DNA of 60,662 bases, taken from positions 1 to 60,662 of the IMG/VR virus record IMGVR_UViG_3300011339_000240, one strand, 5' to 3'. How positions within the stretch are numbered: position 1 is the first letter of the stretch; every line of letters starts with the position of its first letter. A program made the translations under genes and the position numbers. The notes under the pieces were generated by a model that was given only the letters and a program-made list of their open reading frames with translations, made no database searches and was not told the origin of the DNA. Shown one piece after another: positions 38,417 through 47,912 of the stretch. The DNA is from a virus. Lineage: Duplodnaviria > Caudoviricetes.

Positions 38417-38875
38417 ATGGATCAAAATATTCTAGTAAACGCCCTGCGCTGCGCAGGGTTTAACGCCTACGACAAAAGGGCCGGAAGCTTTAAAGCACAG
38501 GCACAAACCGCCTTAATGGGCCGGACGCACTATGTAGACCCTAACACCCTGCATTTTCATAAAAGCCGCATTACCAGCGCGCAGCCTATCAGCATGGGCG
38601 CATTTTTTCTGATTGTCGAATCCTGTGCAGCCGACTACCACAACACCCGCAGGACTTTTCGCGCCGTATGCTTTGATATTTTCGGCACGACTGTCTATCA
38701 CCCCGACCTAGATTCAGGCAGCAGCAGCACCCAAGCCGCTACCACCGCCTTTTATGCTTTTTGGAATAAATTTAATGAAACGACTTACTATCAGGAAGTT
38801 TTAAAAGACAAAACCCGCCGCACCCAGCAAGCCGAAATTGTATTTAATCAATCACTATTAAAGGCCGCAGCATGA
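38417..38875 (+). CDS. Early hypothetical protein
   Basis: AGGAG RBS; 152 aa. Confidence 0.65.
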   Translation: MDQNILVNALRCAGFNAYDKRAGSFKAQAQTALMGRTHYVDPNTLHFHKSRITSAQPISMGAFFLIVESCAADYHNTRRTFRAVCFDIFGTTVYHPDLDSGSSSTQAATTAFYAFWNKFNETTYYQEVLKDKTRRTQQAEIVFNQSLLKAAA

Positions 38876-39132
38876 TCGCCTATCACCAAAAAGGCCGCCA
38901 TGGTTGGGCGCATATGGTCACCCGTCCCGCCGACGATCCAGCATGGGGCAAAGTAGATCGCGAATATATAGCGCACCTATTGCAGCAAGGGGAAAGGGTT
39001 GTAACTGTAGGGCATTCAATGTGGGAATTCAAACCCGCCGACCACCTACAGGCAGACGAAGCCGCCGCCTTTACCCTCGCGCATACACCAAACCGACCTA
39101 AAACCACGGGCGCGCAGCCGCCCTTATTTTGA
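38872..39132 (+). CDS. Early hypothetical protein
   Basis: ATGA coupling. Confidence 0.55.
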   Translation: MIAYHQKGRHGWAHMVTRPADDPAWGKVDREYIAHLLQQGERVVTVGHSMWEFKPADHLQADEAAAFTLAHTPNRPKTTGAQPPLF

Positions 39133-39143
39133 AAGGCCACACA

Positions 39144-39341
39144 ATGAAACACGCCGAAAGCGCATACATAAACGCAGGGGCCCGATTCGAACGGGTACAA
39201 AGCACCGCCGGAAATATCGCCGCAGCCGCCGCCCTGCGATCCATGCTGGACACCGAAACACCGGAAGATCAAACCGAAGCCCGCCGCCTTATCGAACAGG
39301 GGCGCGCCGAGATTCGACTATCGGCAAGGCACAAACGATAG
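39144..39341 (+). CDS. Early hypothetical protein
   Basis: MKHAES start behind GAAAGGCCACACA leader. Confidence 0.55.
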   Translation: MKHAESAYINAGARFERVQSTAGNIAAAAALRSMLDTETPEDQTEARRLIEQGRAEIRLSARHKR

Positions 39342-39425
39342 AAAAATACAATAGGCAGGGGCGCACTTCGTGCCCGATGCTGCCTGATAGAATTACTTAC
39401 AACCTAACACCTACAAAGGAACACA

Positions 39426-39728
39426 ATGGACAAACAACAAAAGCAATCCGATGCATTGGATCGCGCACGAAACAATCAATCAATGGCTAACTATGGACAG
39501 ATCATGCAGGGGTTAATAGAAAAAGGCATCAATCCCGACGATATCGCTTTCCGCGAAAACGTGTTGACCTATGACGCATGGCGCGCACTAGGCCGGACTG
39601 TACGCAGGGGCGAAAAAGGGGTTAGATGCCTAACTTGGATACCAATTGAAGACGATACAGGGGCAAAGAAAGCCCGCCCACGTACCGCCTATGTTTTCCA
39701 CATTTCACAAACGGAGCAATTGCAATGA
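39426..39728 (+). CDS. ArdC-like N-terminal ssDNA-binding domain protein
   Basis: LTYDAWRALGRTVRRGEKG...VFHISQT. Confidence 0.75.
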   Translation: MDKQQKQSDALDRARNNQSMANYGQIMQGLIEKGINPDDIAFRENVLTYDAWRALGRTVRRGEKGVRCLTWIPIEDDTGAKKARPRTAYVFHISQTEQLQ

Positions 39729-39892
39729 CCGACTACGAAGCAAACGGATTCAAGAACCGAAAAGAATATTTGGACGACCTAGCCCAAGAGTATGACCGCA
39801 CTACAGTTTATGCATTGGCTGGAATGCTTGGCCCATCAGAAGATTTTGATGGCCTAGTAACTGCACTAGAGGATTACGCCGATGGATACTAA
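39725..39892 (+). CDS. Acidic hypothetical protein (55 aa)
   Basis: MTDYEANGF..LGPSEDFDGLV; ATGA coupled. Confidence 0.6.
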   Translation: MTDYEANGFKNRKEYLDDLAQEYDRTTVYALAGMLGPSEDFDGLVTALEDYADGY

Positions 39893-40088
39893 ATTCTGCA
39901 TCAACTGCAAGCATTACACATTGGAGAACACATCCGCCCATTTGCCCCACCTAGGCCGATGCCTTAAATCCGCCGATATGTGCCTAGTGACAGGCAAGCA
40001 AAAAGCATATTCCGACCTAGGATTTTGCTCGACCATGAGGATCAAGCCGAACTGCGGGCCGAACGCTGAATTGTTTGAAGCAAAGTGA
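39882..40088 (+). CDS. Cys-rich hypothetical protein
   Basis: FCINCKHY..CGPNA. Confidence 0.6.
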   Translation: MDTKFCINCKHYTLENTSAHLPHLGRCLKSADMCLVTGKQKAYSDLGFCSTMRIKPNCGPNAELFEAK

Positions 40089-40148
40089 AAATTCTATAAG
40101 CCTTGCGCGCAGGGCTTATCGGGTATTTCCCCAAACAGAAGGATTTTT
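40086..40148 (+). repeat. Intergenic hairpin repeat, copy C
   Basis: CTATAAGCCTTGCGCGCAGGGCTTATCGGG..CCAAACAG. Confidence 0.7.
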
Positions 40149-40415
40149 ATGCAAACCTACCGCTACATTCAAGACCCCGGACATGGCTGGATCGAAGTGC
40201 CATTGGAAGAACTGGAAAGCATTGGCTACAAGATTAGCCGCTATTCCTACATGAACCCCAAGACAGGGAAAGCTTACTTAGAAGAAGACTGCGATGCCGC
40301 CATTTTCATTAAGAAACTGAAAGATACCGATACACCATATGAGATTAAAGAAGTGTATCAAGAGAACACATTTGTCCGCAATTTGCCTAGCTTTGAGCAT
40401 GGGTTTGGAGCATAA
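40149..40415 (+). CDS. Hypothetical protein (DPGHGW/YLEEDCD motifs)
   Basis: Recognisable small phage/MGE protein motifs; RBS. Confidence 0.65.
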   Translation: MQTYRYIQDPGHGWIEVPLEELESIGYKISRYSYMNPKTGKAYLEEDCDAAIFIKKLKDTDTPYEIKEVYQENTFVRNLPSFEHGFGA

Positions 40416-40417
40416 GC

Positions 40418-41079
40418 ATGGAAACCGAACAAGTTAATCAAGAGTTGCTGGACGCTTGCATTGAAGCATTGGCACTATTTGACGATTACCCGCAATGCTA
40501 TACATCTGTCGGCACTTACCAAGTGCTGAACATTGCCATCAATAACGCACTTAAAGCATTGGAAGCAGCATGAACATAGAACAGTTACAAATTGCATTGT
40601 TTGATATGTACGAGCTACGCAATGCATTGTTTTCAAAGCGCAATGAAGTAATGTGTCCGCATGAAAGTGAGGCCACTTTTGGAGAATGCCTAGACGACAC
40701 GATTGCATTCTTGGAACAGTTGGAAACTGAAATGGAAGGAGCAGCAGCATGACCGAAGACCATCAGCGAGTGTTACTGCTAATGAGTGATATGCTGGAGG
40801 GACTGTACCGAGCCCTGCCAGTTATCGAAGATGCAGAGGACGATCCACACTATAGACAGGGGTACATCAAAGCTTTGCGAGTGGAAATTGTAGACTTAAT
40901 TGAAAGGGCCGAACGTGAATGACACTACCAAAACCTATCCCCGCACCCTGCGCGAGGCATTCCCGCATGACCATTCTCTGCTAGACGTACCGCCGGACAA
41001 AGAAAGGGCATTGGATTTAGCTGCCATGTTCTTTGCCGGAATGGTTTTCGGTCTAATGCTAGGTGTATATTTTGGCTAA
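40418..41079 (+). other. Four coupled small ORFs (40418-40573, 40570-40752, 40749-40922, 40915-41079)
   Basis: Overlapping stop/start codons; the last has YPRTLREAF plus a TM helix. Confidence 0.55.
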
Positions 41080-41919
41080 TCAGAATGTCCGGCTGACCAC
41101 CGGACTAAACGTTTTTGCAAGACTCTGCGAGAACTTAAACAACCCCATCTCTTTGTGATCGTCATTGGCATCGTGGCCTACAGTCTTACTAATCCAATAG
41201 GGCCAGCCAATATCATTAGCCGCCTTTTCCCCTGTCCCGCTTGCATCGTTATCTGCAATCACAACCCCCGCATCTAGACCTTTGGCTATCTTTACCATGT
41301 TGCCAGCACTAAAACATACATGGATTTTGTACCGCCGCCGCAATCCTTTTAATGCCGCCTGTACAGACAATGCCGTGGCAAACCCTTCACACAATACATT
41401 GGTTCCCTTGTTGTCAATGACAAAGGTAGAGTAAGAAGTCTTTTGCCCGCTTAGGAATTTCTTTTTTCCGTCCTCGTCAATCAACTGACAACCATATACC
41501 TTGCCCTCAATACGCATGGGAATTACAAGGATAGGGCTCCCGTCTTTACGCCATACATTACCTTGTTCCTCAGGGAATCCCTTTGCTGCAAGGTACTTGT
41601 GCCGTTCGGTATGGCACTGGTGAAGTATCCACGCCGCCCGTGCAGCCGCTTCCCTCTGTTTCTGTTCTATATGGGTTTCACTAGCCCGAAGTATGTTTAA
41701 AAACTTGGCCCGATCTATCTTGTCCGCACCATCAGACTTCCATATAGACACTTCTGAATCAGTAGCATGGTTCTGAACAAAGGCAATATCACCCATGAAC
41801 TTGACCGCCCCGTTCTTTTTAGTGGGATGATCCTCTGTGGGATAGCGCCGCCATACGCCCAGCGGAGGCATGGATGCCACAATAATTCCATGCGCCTTGC
41901 AATAATTAATTAAATCCAT
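41080..41919 (-). CDS. TOPRIM-domain DNA primase
   Basis: HKYLAAKG, LVIPM, LCEGFATALS, VIADND, GHDAND. Confidence 0.85.
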   Translation of the reverse strand: MDLINYCKAHGIIVASMPPLGVWRRYPTEDHPTKKNGAVKFMGDIAFVQNHATDSEVSIWKSDGADKIDRAKFLNILRASETHIEQKQREAAARAAWILHQCHTERHKYLAAKGFPEEQGNVWRKDGSPILVIPMRIEGKVYGCQLIDEDGKKKFLSGQKTSYSTFVIDNKGTNVLCEGFATALSVQAALKGLRRRYKIHVCFSAGNMVKIAKGLDAGVVIADNDASGTGEKAANDIGWPYWISKTVGHDANDDHKEMGLFKFSQSLAKTFSPVVSRTF

Positions 41920-43409
41920 TACATCCTCTTAAATGGTGTTCTGTTTTTGCCTTTTAAATAGGCAATCAAACGTGACTTTACAAACTTCTCAAACCCTACA
42001 TCAGGAACTGTTGCTACGTCCTTCAGACTCCTAGGCCATACGCCGAACTTATCTTTATAGGTATGCGCCGCCCTGCCCGATGACCATCCTCCATAGAAAA
42101 CTTTGTGCTGACACATAGACCAAAACTTTTGCTTATCGTCCATGCTCATAGAGCCCTGTAGCTCATGCATTTCTCCAGCAACCGCAACAACTTTGTTAAG
42201 TTTCTCCTTTACAAATCCGCAGTTATAGCAAACATCGCTATTGAAATTCCATAGTGCTTGGCACTTAGGACACTTCATTTGCTCCTTTTCTTTTTCTGTT
42301 TTCTCTTTGCGCGACTTCTCTTTTCCATCATCCAATTCTTCTACGCCACTCTCAAAGACTTCTTCCCATACTTCTTTGAACCGCAGGTAATTGCCGGAAT
42401 GATCCAGCCACAGGGCAAAGTCTTTCTCAGGATAGCCGCGCATCACCCGCCCCATTTGCTGAACATGACTAGACAGGGATTTACTGAATGGCCTAGCTGA
42501 TACACCTATCATTACGTCCGGCACATCAAAGCCCTTGGTAAGAATGTCAGTAGCGATTAGCCCGTGGATTTCTGTATCCGGCTTGGCAAAATCTTCAATG
42601 GCATCCTTCTTGAACTGGTCATCGTCCTTGTAGCTGATGCTGACAAAGTTATACCCTTGCTCTGCGAACTTGCGGGCTAGGTCTGTCCCATGATCTACCC
42701 CCGAACAGAACACAATGGTCTTGCGAGGCCGACCAAATATCTCATGGGTTTTCTTAATCCATTCAGCAACAATATCGCCCGTGATCTTCATGCCCCGTGT
42801 TGTAGCCTCCTGCTGACTCCACTCCCCCGCCACCTTCTTTGCGCCCTCCATATCAATTTCTTTGGCTATGAATACACGCAGGGGGACAAGTATCTTGTCT
42901 GCAACCAACTCTTTTGTGGTCACAGTAGACACTACGTTCTCATAGGAATTGCCCATGCCCTTGGTAAATGGCGTAGCAGTAAGCCCAATCACCCTGATGT
43001 TTGGGTTGTTCTTAATGAACTCCATCGTCTTGCTGCGCGTGGTATGCGCTTCATCCACGATTAGAAGGTTAAGGTCGGGAAATGATCCCCGCTTCTCTAG
43101 CGTTTGAGCAGAACAAATCTGTATCTTTTCATAAGGCCGATAGCGCCAATGGCCCGCCTGTAGAACGCCGTGGTCTATGCCGTATTTCTCTAGCCGCTGA
43201 CTGGTTTGGTCGCACAGAATGATCCTGTCCAAAACCATAGCCGCCTTGTTGCCTTTTTCTTTTGTGGCCTCCAGCAAAGCAATCGCACACTCAGTTTTTC
43301 CGCCGCCAGTTGGCAGATACAAAATCTGAGAGCGAACACCCTTCGCAAAATTTTCTCTCAGCTTGTGCAACGTGCCTTCTTGGTAACTTCTTAGTTTAAG
43401 GCTCGACAT
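41919..43409 (-). CDS. Superfamily 2 DNA helicase
   Basis: LRSYQ, PTGGGKT, DEAH, GLTATP, GFDVP, QMGRVMR, C-terminal Zn ribbon. Confidence 0.9.
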   Translation of the reverse strand: MSSLKLRSYQEGTLHKLRENFAKGVRSQILYLPTGGGKTECAIALLEATKEKGNKAAMVLDRIILCDQTSQRLEKYGIDHGVLQAGHWRYRPYEKIQICSAQTLEKRGSFPDLNLLIVDEAHTTRSKTMEFIKNNPNIRVIGLTATPFTKGMGNSYENVVSTVTTKELVADKILVPLRVFIAKEIDMEGAKKVAGEWSQQEATTRGMKITGDIVAEWIKKTHEIFGRPRKTIVFCSGVDHGTDLARKFAEQGYNFVSISYKDDDQFKKDAIEDFAKPDTEIHGLIATDILTKGFDVPDVMIGVSARPFSKSLSSHVQQMGRVMRGYPEKDFALWLDHSGNYLRFKEVWEEVFESGVEELDDGKEKSRKEKTEKEKEQMKCPKCQALWNFNSDVCYNCGFVKEKLNKVVAVAGEMHELQGSMSMDDKQKFWSMCQHKVFYGGWSSGRAAHTYKDKFGVWPRSLKDVATVPDVGFEKFVKSRLIAYLKGKNRTPFKRM

Positions 43410-43890
43410 GATTAAACCTTTTTCCATTTACAACCTTGGAAATTGTCTGGCGGGCAACGCCGTAGCACTTTGCAATCTCGTCCTGAGTGCAACCAAGTTT
43501 TTTGTATGTATCTCGAATTACCCTTACTTGTTCTTCAGTTAGTTTAGATAGCGGGTGTTTAGAGCCTATTACATGAGGATTGCGAGGAGGCTTGCTATTG
43601 CGCTTCTTTTTAACCATGTCATTCACGTTATCTTGGTTTGTACCAAGGAATAAATGGTCGGGGTTGCAGCATGACGGCACATCACAAGTGTGACAAACAA
43701 ACATTCCGCTCGGTATTTCTCCGCAGAAGTGTCTGTAAGTTATACGATGCGCTCTATCGGTTGGCATTCCTCGTCCGCCGGTTCCAACGATTCCATATCC
43801 GAAATGATTGACGGCTCCGGTAAATATCCAGCATCCAGAGAACGGAATGCGGGATGCTTTTTCTAAAATTCTTTCAATTACAGGTTTCAT
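43396..43890 (-). CDS. HNH homing endonuclease with C-terminal HTH
   Basis: GCWIF, AHR, VCHTCDVPSCCNPDHL..GT..DN; start at 43890 behind GAGGA. Confidence 0.85.
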   Translation of the reverse strand: MKPVIERILEKASRIPFSGCWIFTGAVNHFGYGIVGTGGRGMPTDRAHRITYRHFCGEIPSGMFVCHTCDVPSCCNPDHLFLGTNQDNVNDMVKKKRNSKPPRNPHVIGSKHPLSKLTEEQVRVIRDTYKKLGCTQDEIAKCYGVARQTISKVVNGKRFNHVEP

Positions 43891-43903
43891 TTGTTCTTCC
43901 TCT

Positions 43904-43931
43904 GTCAGCATACAGGCCCGCTGACTTGGGC
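43904..43931 (-). promoter_or_regulatory. H-type pseudoknot abutting an RBS
   Basis: GCCC-AAGTCAGC-GGGC-CTGTAT-GCTGAC. Confidence 0.5.
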
Positions 43932-43957
43932 ACTTATCAAAATTAAAAACATTCCAC

Positions 43958-43973
43958 GTGGTAACGTTACCAC
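43958..43973. promoter_or_regulatory. 16-bp palindrome (copy 2)
   Basis: GTGGTAACGTTACCAC preceded by AAACATTCC, as in copy 3. Confidence 0.75.
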
Positions 43974-44341
43974 TAGAACTGCTCCAATGCCCACCGCGCA
44001 GCCTGTACTTCTTTGGGTTTAGCCATGATGTTTTCCGCTATTTCTTTCCATGCTTTTAGTTGCCGCTGATGACCTACTAGGAATGCTTGCTCCCGTTCTT
44101 CCCGTGACGCATCGCCTTGGTCTAGCCATGTATGACATACAACACAAGCCCAAACGGAATAGGTATCGTCAGCTTTTAATGACTTGCCTTTGCCGTGGGC
44201 TGCGCTGTTGGAATGCGCCGCTACTGTGGTACTGCCCTCTATCCCGCGACAGAACGGAGTAACCACAAGTAAGCAGCGTTTCCCATTAGCCATAGCCAAC
44301 AAAGCAGGATTACGTTTTGCTGGAACCTTGGCGTAACTCAT
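43973..44341 (-). CDS. DUF1364/YbcO-like Zn nuclease
   Basis: C..C..TTVAAHSN..GKG..KADD...ACVVCH..LD. Confidence 0.75.
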   Translation of the reverse strand: MSYAKVPAKRNPALLAMANGKRCLLVVTPFCRGIEGSTTVAAHSNSAAHGKGKSLKADDTYSVWACVVCHTWLDQGDASREEREQAFLVGHQRQLKAWKEIAENIMAKPKEVQAARWALEQF

Positions 44342-44481
44342 TGGATCTCTCTGAGGTGTTCTAAAACTTCCTGTACGGGCTTCCATACCCTTGGCTCAAA
44401 GTCGCGCCGCTCAATCCATTTTGCAATTTCATCCAGCACAAACTCATACCCGGCATCAAAGCCGTCTTGGTAATCGCTCAT
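44338..44481 (-). CDS. Hypothetical protein (47 aa)
   Basis: MSDYQDGFDAGY; coupled on both sides. Confidence 0.5.
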   Translation of the reverse strand: MSDYQDGFDAGYEFVLDEIAKWIERRDFEPRVWKPVQEVLEHLREIQ

Positions 44482-44690
44482 CTAGTTTTCCTTTCTTCTA
44501 AGAATGCTTCAGCTATATCGTAGGACTCTTTGGCAATCACCTCCGGCGTAGACGTTCTACCTATGGACGTAAGGATCGCAAAGAAGTCCAGCAAAGTAAT
44601 CTCCTCTAGTGAAATCTTTGGATCTTCCGCCAAGGACAAAAGCCCCTCAGACTTTTTCTTTACCATTGCGCGCCTTTGGAATAACAACAA
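44478..44690 (-). CDS. Hypothetical protein
   Basis: ITLLDFFA..SYDIAEAFL; same family as 50743..50961. Confidence 0.55.
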   Translation of the reverse strand: MLLFQRRAMVKKKSEGLLSLAEDPKISLEEITLLDFFAILTSIGRTSTPEVIAKESYDIAEAFLEERKTR

Positions 44691-44958
44691 TCATCATATC
44701 TAACTGTTCGGTCAAAAGGTCTTTGATAGTGTAGCCACCAACAGAAATGTTTCCTGCATTTCCATCGCGGGCAATGACACCTATGGCATCTCTGATAGCT
44801 TTGTTGTATCCTGAGTTGAACATATCATCGCCTTCAATAATCATAGTGATAGCATCACGAACCAATCCTGATGCCTTCCTATTTCCCGCTGCGGCCTTGA
44901 GCTTTGTGTAGATTTCAATTGGTAGGTGTACCGAGTAGGGTACTAAACGTTTTTCCAT
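44647..44958 (-). CDS. Possible ribbon-helix-helix protein
   Basis: YSVHLP.EIY.KLK...S.LVRDAI. Confidence 0.5.
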   Translation of the reverse strand: MEKRLVPYSVHLPIEIYTKLKAAAGNRKASGLVRDAITMIIEGDDMFNSGYNKAIRDAIGVIARDGNAGNISVGGYTIKDLLTEQLDMMIVVIPKARNGKEKV

Positions 44959-45353
44959 TTTTTAAAGTCCTCGTTGATTGATAAAAATATCTTGGCTGCT
45001 TCGCCATTGACCCTGAGTTCTGATCTGGACTTAATGCCGCACTTGGCATACAGCCAATCAACTGCATAGGTTTCATCTGCTTCAAAACATTCCCCCGTTT
45101 CTTCTAGCCACTTGTGAAACTGTGGATCTTTGGAAACGATGGCAGATATCTTGACCACATCTATGAAATTGTCCCGATTCACTGGACGTTCATCTTCGCC
45201 CAGCCGAACCATGACCACCTGATAGCGCGCACCAACAAAATCCCTAAGAATCTCAGAGGGAATTTCGTCAGGATGCACGGACAAGGTAAGCACATACCCC
45301 GTCCGATCTTGCTTGATGGCTACCTTAACGCCTTCAAATTGACTGGTTTGCAT
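44943..45353 (-). CDS. Hypothetical protein
   Basis: CGIKSRSEL motif. Confidence 0.6.
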   Translation of the reverse strand: MQTSQFEGVKVAIKQDRTGYVLTLSVHPDEIPSEILRDFVGARYQVVMVRLGEDERPVNRDNFIDVVKISAIVSKDPQFHKWLEETGECFEADETYAVDWLYAKCGIKSRSELRVNGEAAKIFLSINEDFKKWKNV

Positions 45354-45356
45354 GGT

Positions 45357-45659
45357 CTAAAAAGGAATATCTTGGTCGTCAATCGGCGCTTGCTTGGGCT
45401 GCTGCGGTTGAGCATAGGGGTTTTCCTTTGGAGCAGGTTTGTAGTTGTTCCAAGCCAAGCGAAACCACGGGCCGTAGTTACCACTCATATCCCAACAACT
45501 TAGCTTGATTGTGATGTCGTCCTCGTCTGTTTCTTCCAGCAATTTCTTCAGAGCAGAACGCTCCATGATTAACTCACCAGTTTTATCCGGCTTCTTGTCG
45601 CCCGACTCTTTGTACTTGTTGGGGGAAAGCTTTCCGCTATTGGGGTACTGTGCCATCAT
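45357..45659 (-). CDS. Putative ssDNA-binding protein
   Basis: NSG.L..N, KPD.TG, acidic DDQDIPF tail; next to ERF. Confidence 0.7.
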   Translation of the reverse strand: MMAQYPNSGKLSPNKYKESGDKKPDKTGELIMERSALKKLLEETDEDDITIKLSCWDMSGNYGPWFRLAWNNYKPAPKENPYAQPQQPKQAPIDDQDIPF

Positions 45660-46318
45660 TGTTCCTTTTTAAATTTAAGTTTAGCTGCCGTGAACTTCGC
45701 CATTACTTCTTTGTACTTGGCATCATCAATCTTCTTCAACTCGTCCATGATGGCTTTGTTGTTGCTATAGATAGCCATTACATCTTCCAAGCTTTGCACC
45801 GCAGACAACATCAGGTCTACGCCTTGGGTTACTACCTTCAACCAGTCTTCTGTTTCTGATCCAGCAGTTACCTTGATAGACCACTCACCGCCACCGCCCA
45901 TAACTTTAGGTGGTGACTTGGGTTCTGCTTTGGCTTTAGGCTCTTCAGACTTTGGAGAAGAATCAATGGCATCATGCTCCACAATCTCCAATGCCGTCAT
46001 CCATAGGTAGCGGCGCTGATAAGTCTCAACCGCCCCCAAGTTTTGAATGGGATGCGCGCCCTTGAGTTCTGCACCAGCCATAGGACTAGAGATAACAATC
46101 ACTGTGCCATCATCTAAATCGGTGATGGACAGGGTTGCGTAGTTTGCGTCATAAGACACAACGCCACACAATCCAATGTCGTTAAAGATGATTTGAATAT
46201 CGGGCAAGAAGTCGCCCAATTCAAAGTAAGAATACCCAGCAAACTTGTTCAGTCCGGTCTTCTTTAGCTTCGTGTTGTACAGACGTATCCGCGCTTCCAT
46301 TAGTTTCTTATGTACCAT
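45656..46318 (-). CDS. ERF-family single-strand annealing protein
   Basis: NKFAGYSYFELGD, QNLGAVETYQRRY. Confidence 0.8.
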   Translation of the reverse strand: MVHKKLMEARIRLYNTKLKKTGLNKFAGYSYFELGDFLPDIQIIFNDIGLCGVVSYDANYATLSITDLDDGTVIVISSPMAGAELKGAHPIQNLGAVETYQRRYLWMTALEIVEHDAIDSSPKSEEPKAKAEPKSPPKVMGGGGEWSIKVTAGSETEDWLKVVTQGVDLMLSAVQSLEDVMAIYSNNKAIMDELKKIDDAKYKEVMAKFTAAKLKFKKEQ

Positions 46319-47180
46319 TTTTCTCTTTCAGGTAGTTTTCATATTGGCTGCAAAAAGAATTGACTTGGCAATACTTCTCACAACGGGTGCGCTCCCCTTC
46401 TCGGATCTCAATAAAGTGACCCTTCTCAGGTAACGCTGCTTCAGCATCCTCCTTCGTTTTGTGAACGCTCTTGGCTCTTACGCCGCCTTCTTTTTTGACG
46501 GCGTACAAAGTAGGTTTTTCCCAAGTATCTTCAGGTGTGCATGGTGGAATGTCTCCTTCTGTTTCTGATTCAAAGTACGCTTCGCTGTGCATACGGATAC
46601 GATCCTCTACGTACTTCTGGCGCTGCTCCATAGGCCATAGGGGAATGTCTATCGTAGCTACTGGTGCGGACGGATAGCCTTCCTTCTCTGCATCCCGTGC
46701 CGCCCAATCACGGATGATTGCAACAATCTGTAATTTCTTGACGGGCTCTTTCTTTACCCGCTCCACCAGCCATGCGTATACGTTTAGCTGGTTGTGCCAA
46801 TCATCCTTCTCATTCATTACAGACCATGCGCCTGTAACTTTGTAGTCGCTGATGATGATGCCGTCTTCTTCTACTTCCTGTAGGTCAATGGCCCCGCTGA
46901 CTGTCCAGCCATCGGTTTCTGAGAAGAGCCGCTGCTCGACTAGGTGGTGTTCATCCTTGCCATGCTCTAAGATGTTGTGTACGGCAGAACCAAACAAGGC
47001 CCATACCATTTCACTTACGTCCTGCTCTATGCTGTCCCAGTGCTTGCGCTTTAGCTGGACAATCCGAGGACTGTTCAATAACTCTGTACAAGAGATGTTT
47101 GCGTTCCCCTTGGTGTAGGTGGGCCGCTCCATCACGTTTACAAATGTTTGTGGTAAGCCGTACTTGTTGGTTAGTTTCAC
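46308..47180 (-). CDS. PD-(D/E)XK (RecB/Cas4-like) exonuclease
   Basis: GSAVH, GAID, DYK, QLNVY, C-terminal Cys cluster; GTG start behind AGGAG. Confidence 0.8.
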   Translation of the reverse strand: MKLTNKYGLPQTFVNVMERPTYTKGNANISCTELLNSPRIVQLKRKHWDSIEQDVSEMVWALFGSAVHNILEHGKDEHHLVEQRLFSETDGWTVSGAIDLQEVEEDGIIISDYKVTGAWSVMNEKDDWHNQLNVYAWLVERVKKEPVKKLQIVAIIRDWAARDAEKEGYPSAPVATIDIPLWPMEQRQKYVEDRIRMHSEAYFESETEGDIPPCTPEDTWEKPTLYAVKKEGGVRAKSVHKTKEDAEAALPEKGHFIEIREGERTRCEKYCQVNSFCSQYENYLKEKNGT

Positions 47181-47295
47181 TGTTACTCCTGTGTGTTGAG
47201 AGAAGCTCCAATGTACCACACAAGTTGCCTGTTGGATGCCTTTGTGTTATAACTGCCAATGAATTTTTACTATCGACAATAGGAGAGTGATTGAA

Positions 47296-47352
47296 ATGTC
47301 TAAATATGCTAGGAGAGTAGATGCAAAACAAATGTATGCTATCATTGCGTAA
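47296..47352 (+). pseudogene. Truncated 5' copy of the VRR-NUC gene (MSKYARRVDAKQ..)
   Basis: Resembles MKYANRVDRNQ at 47909; has an AGGAG RBS. Confidence 0.55.
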
Positions 47353-47369
47353 ATTAGTTACCGCAAATT

Positions 47370-47912
47370 ATGAAAACACTTCAAGATTTTGACTTGTCAA
47401 CTAGGACTGGTAGACACAAAGCAAGAAAAAATGGTCTTGATGTGCCAAAACAAAAACCCGGAACAAAGCAACCTGATTTTTGGTCACTTGTTGAAAAAAA
47501 AAGCCAAGATGAATGCTGGCCTTGGCTTGGGAAATTGAATCAATGGGGCTATGGTCGCATCAGACATGGCGGCATTCAAGCAATGGCGCATAGAGTGGCA
47601 TATCAATTGCAAACTGAAAAAAGCATTCATGGGTTGATTGCAATGCACATTTGCGACAATCCAGCGTGTTGCAACCCAAATCACATAGCTCTTGGCACTC
47701 ATGCCGACAATCAAAAAGACAAATTTAACAAGAATCGCCAAGCCAAGGGAGAAATAAATGGGCAATCAATTCTCACAGAAGAACAAGTAATTGAAGCAAG
47801 AAAGTTGTATGTTGAAACAAAAACAACTTACAAAAAACTTGCAGAAAAATTTGGTGTTAGCAAAGATACCATGCAAAAAGCAATACGTAAAATCTATTGG
47901 AAACATGTATGA
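47370..47912 (+). CDS. HNH homing endonuclease with C-terminal HTH
   Basis: ECWPW, GYG, AHRVAY, MHICDNPACCNPNH..GT..DN. Confidence 0.85.
   Translation: MKTLQDFDLSTRTGRHKARKNGLDVPKQKPGTKQPDFWSLVEKKSQDECWPWLGKLNQWGYGRIRHGGIQAMAHRVAYQLQTEKSIHGLIAMHICDNPACCNPNHIALGTHADNQKDKFNKNRQAKGEINGQSILTEEQVIEARKLYVETKTTYKKLAEKFGVSKDTMQKAIRKIYWKHV

Noticed and set aside
46308-47180. Cas4 as part of a CRISPR system
   Set aside because: No array or other cas genes; context with ERF and SSB indicates a recombination nuclease
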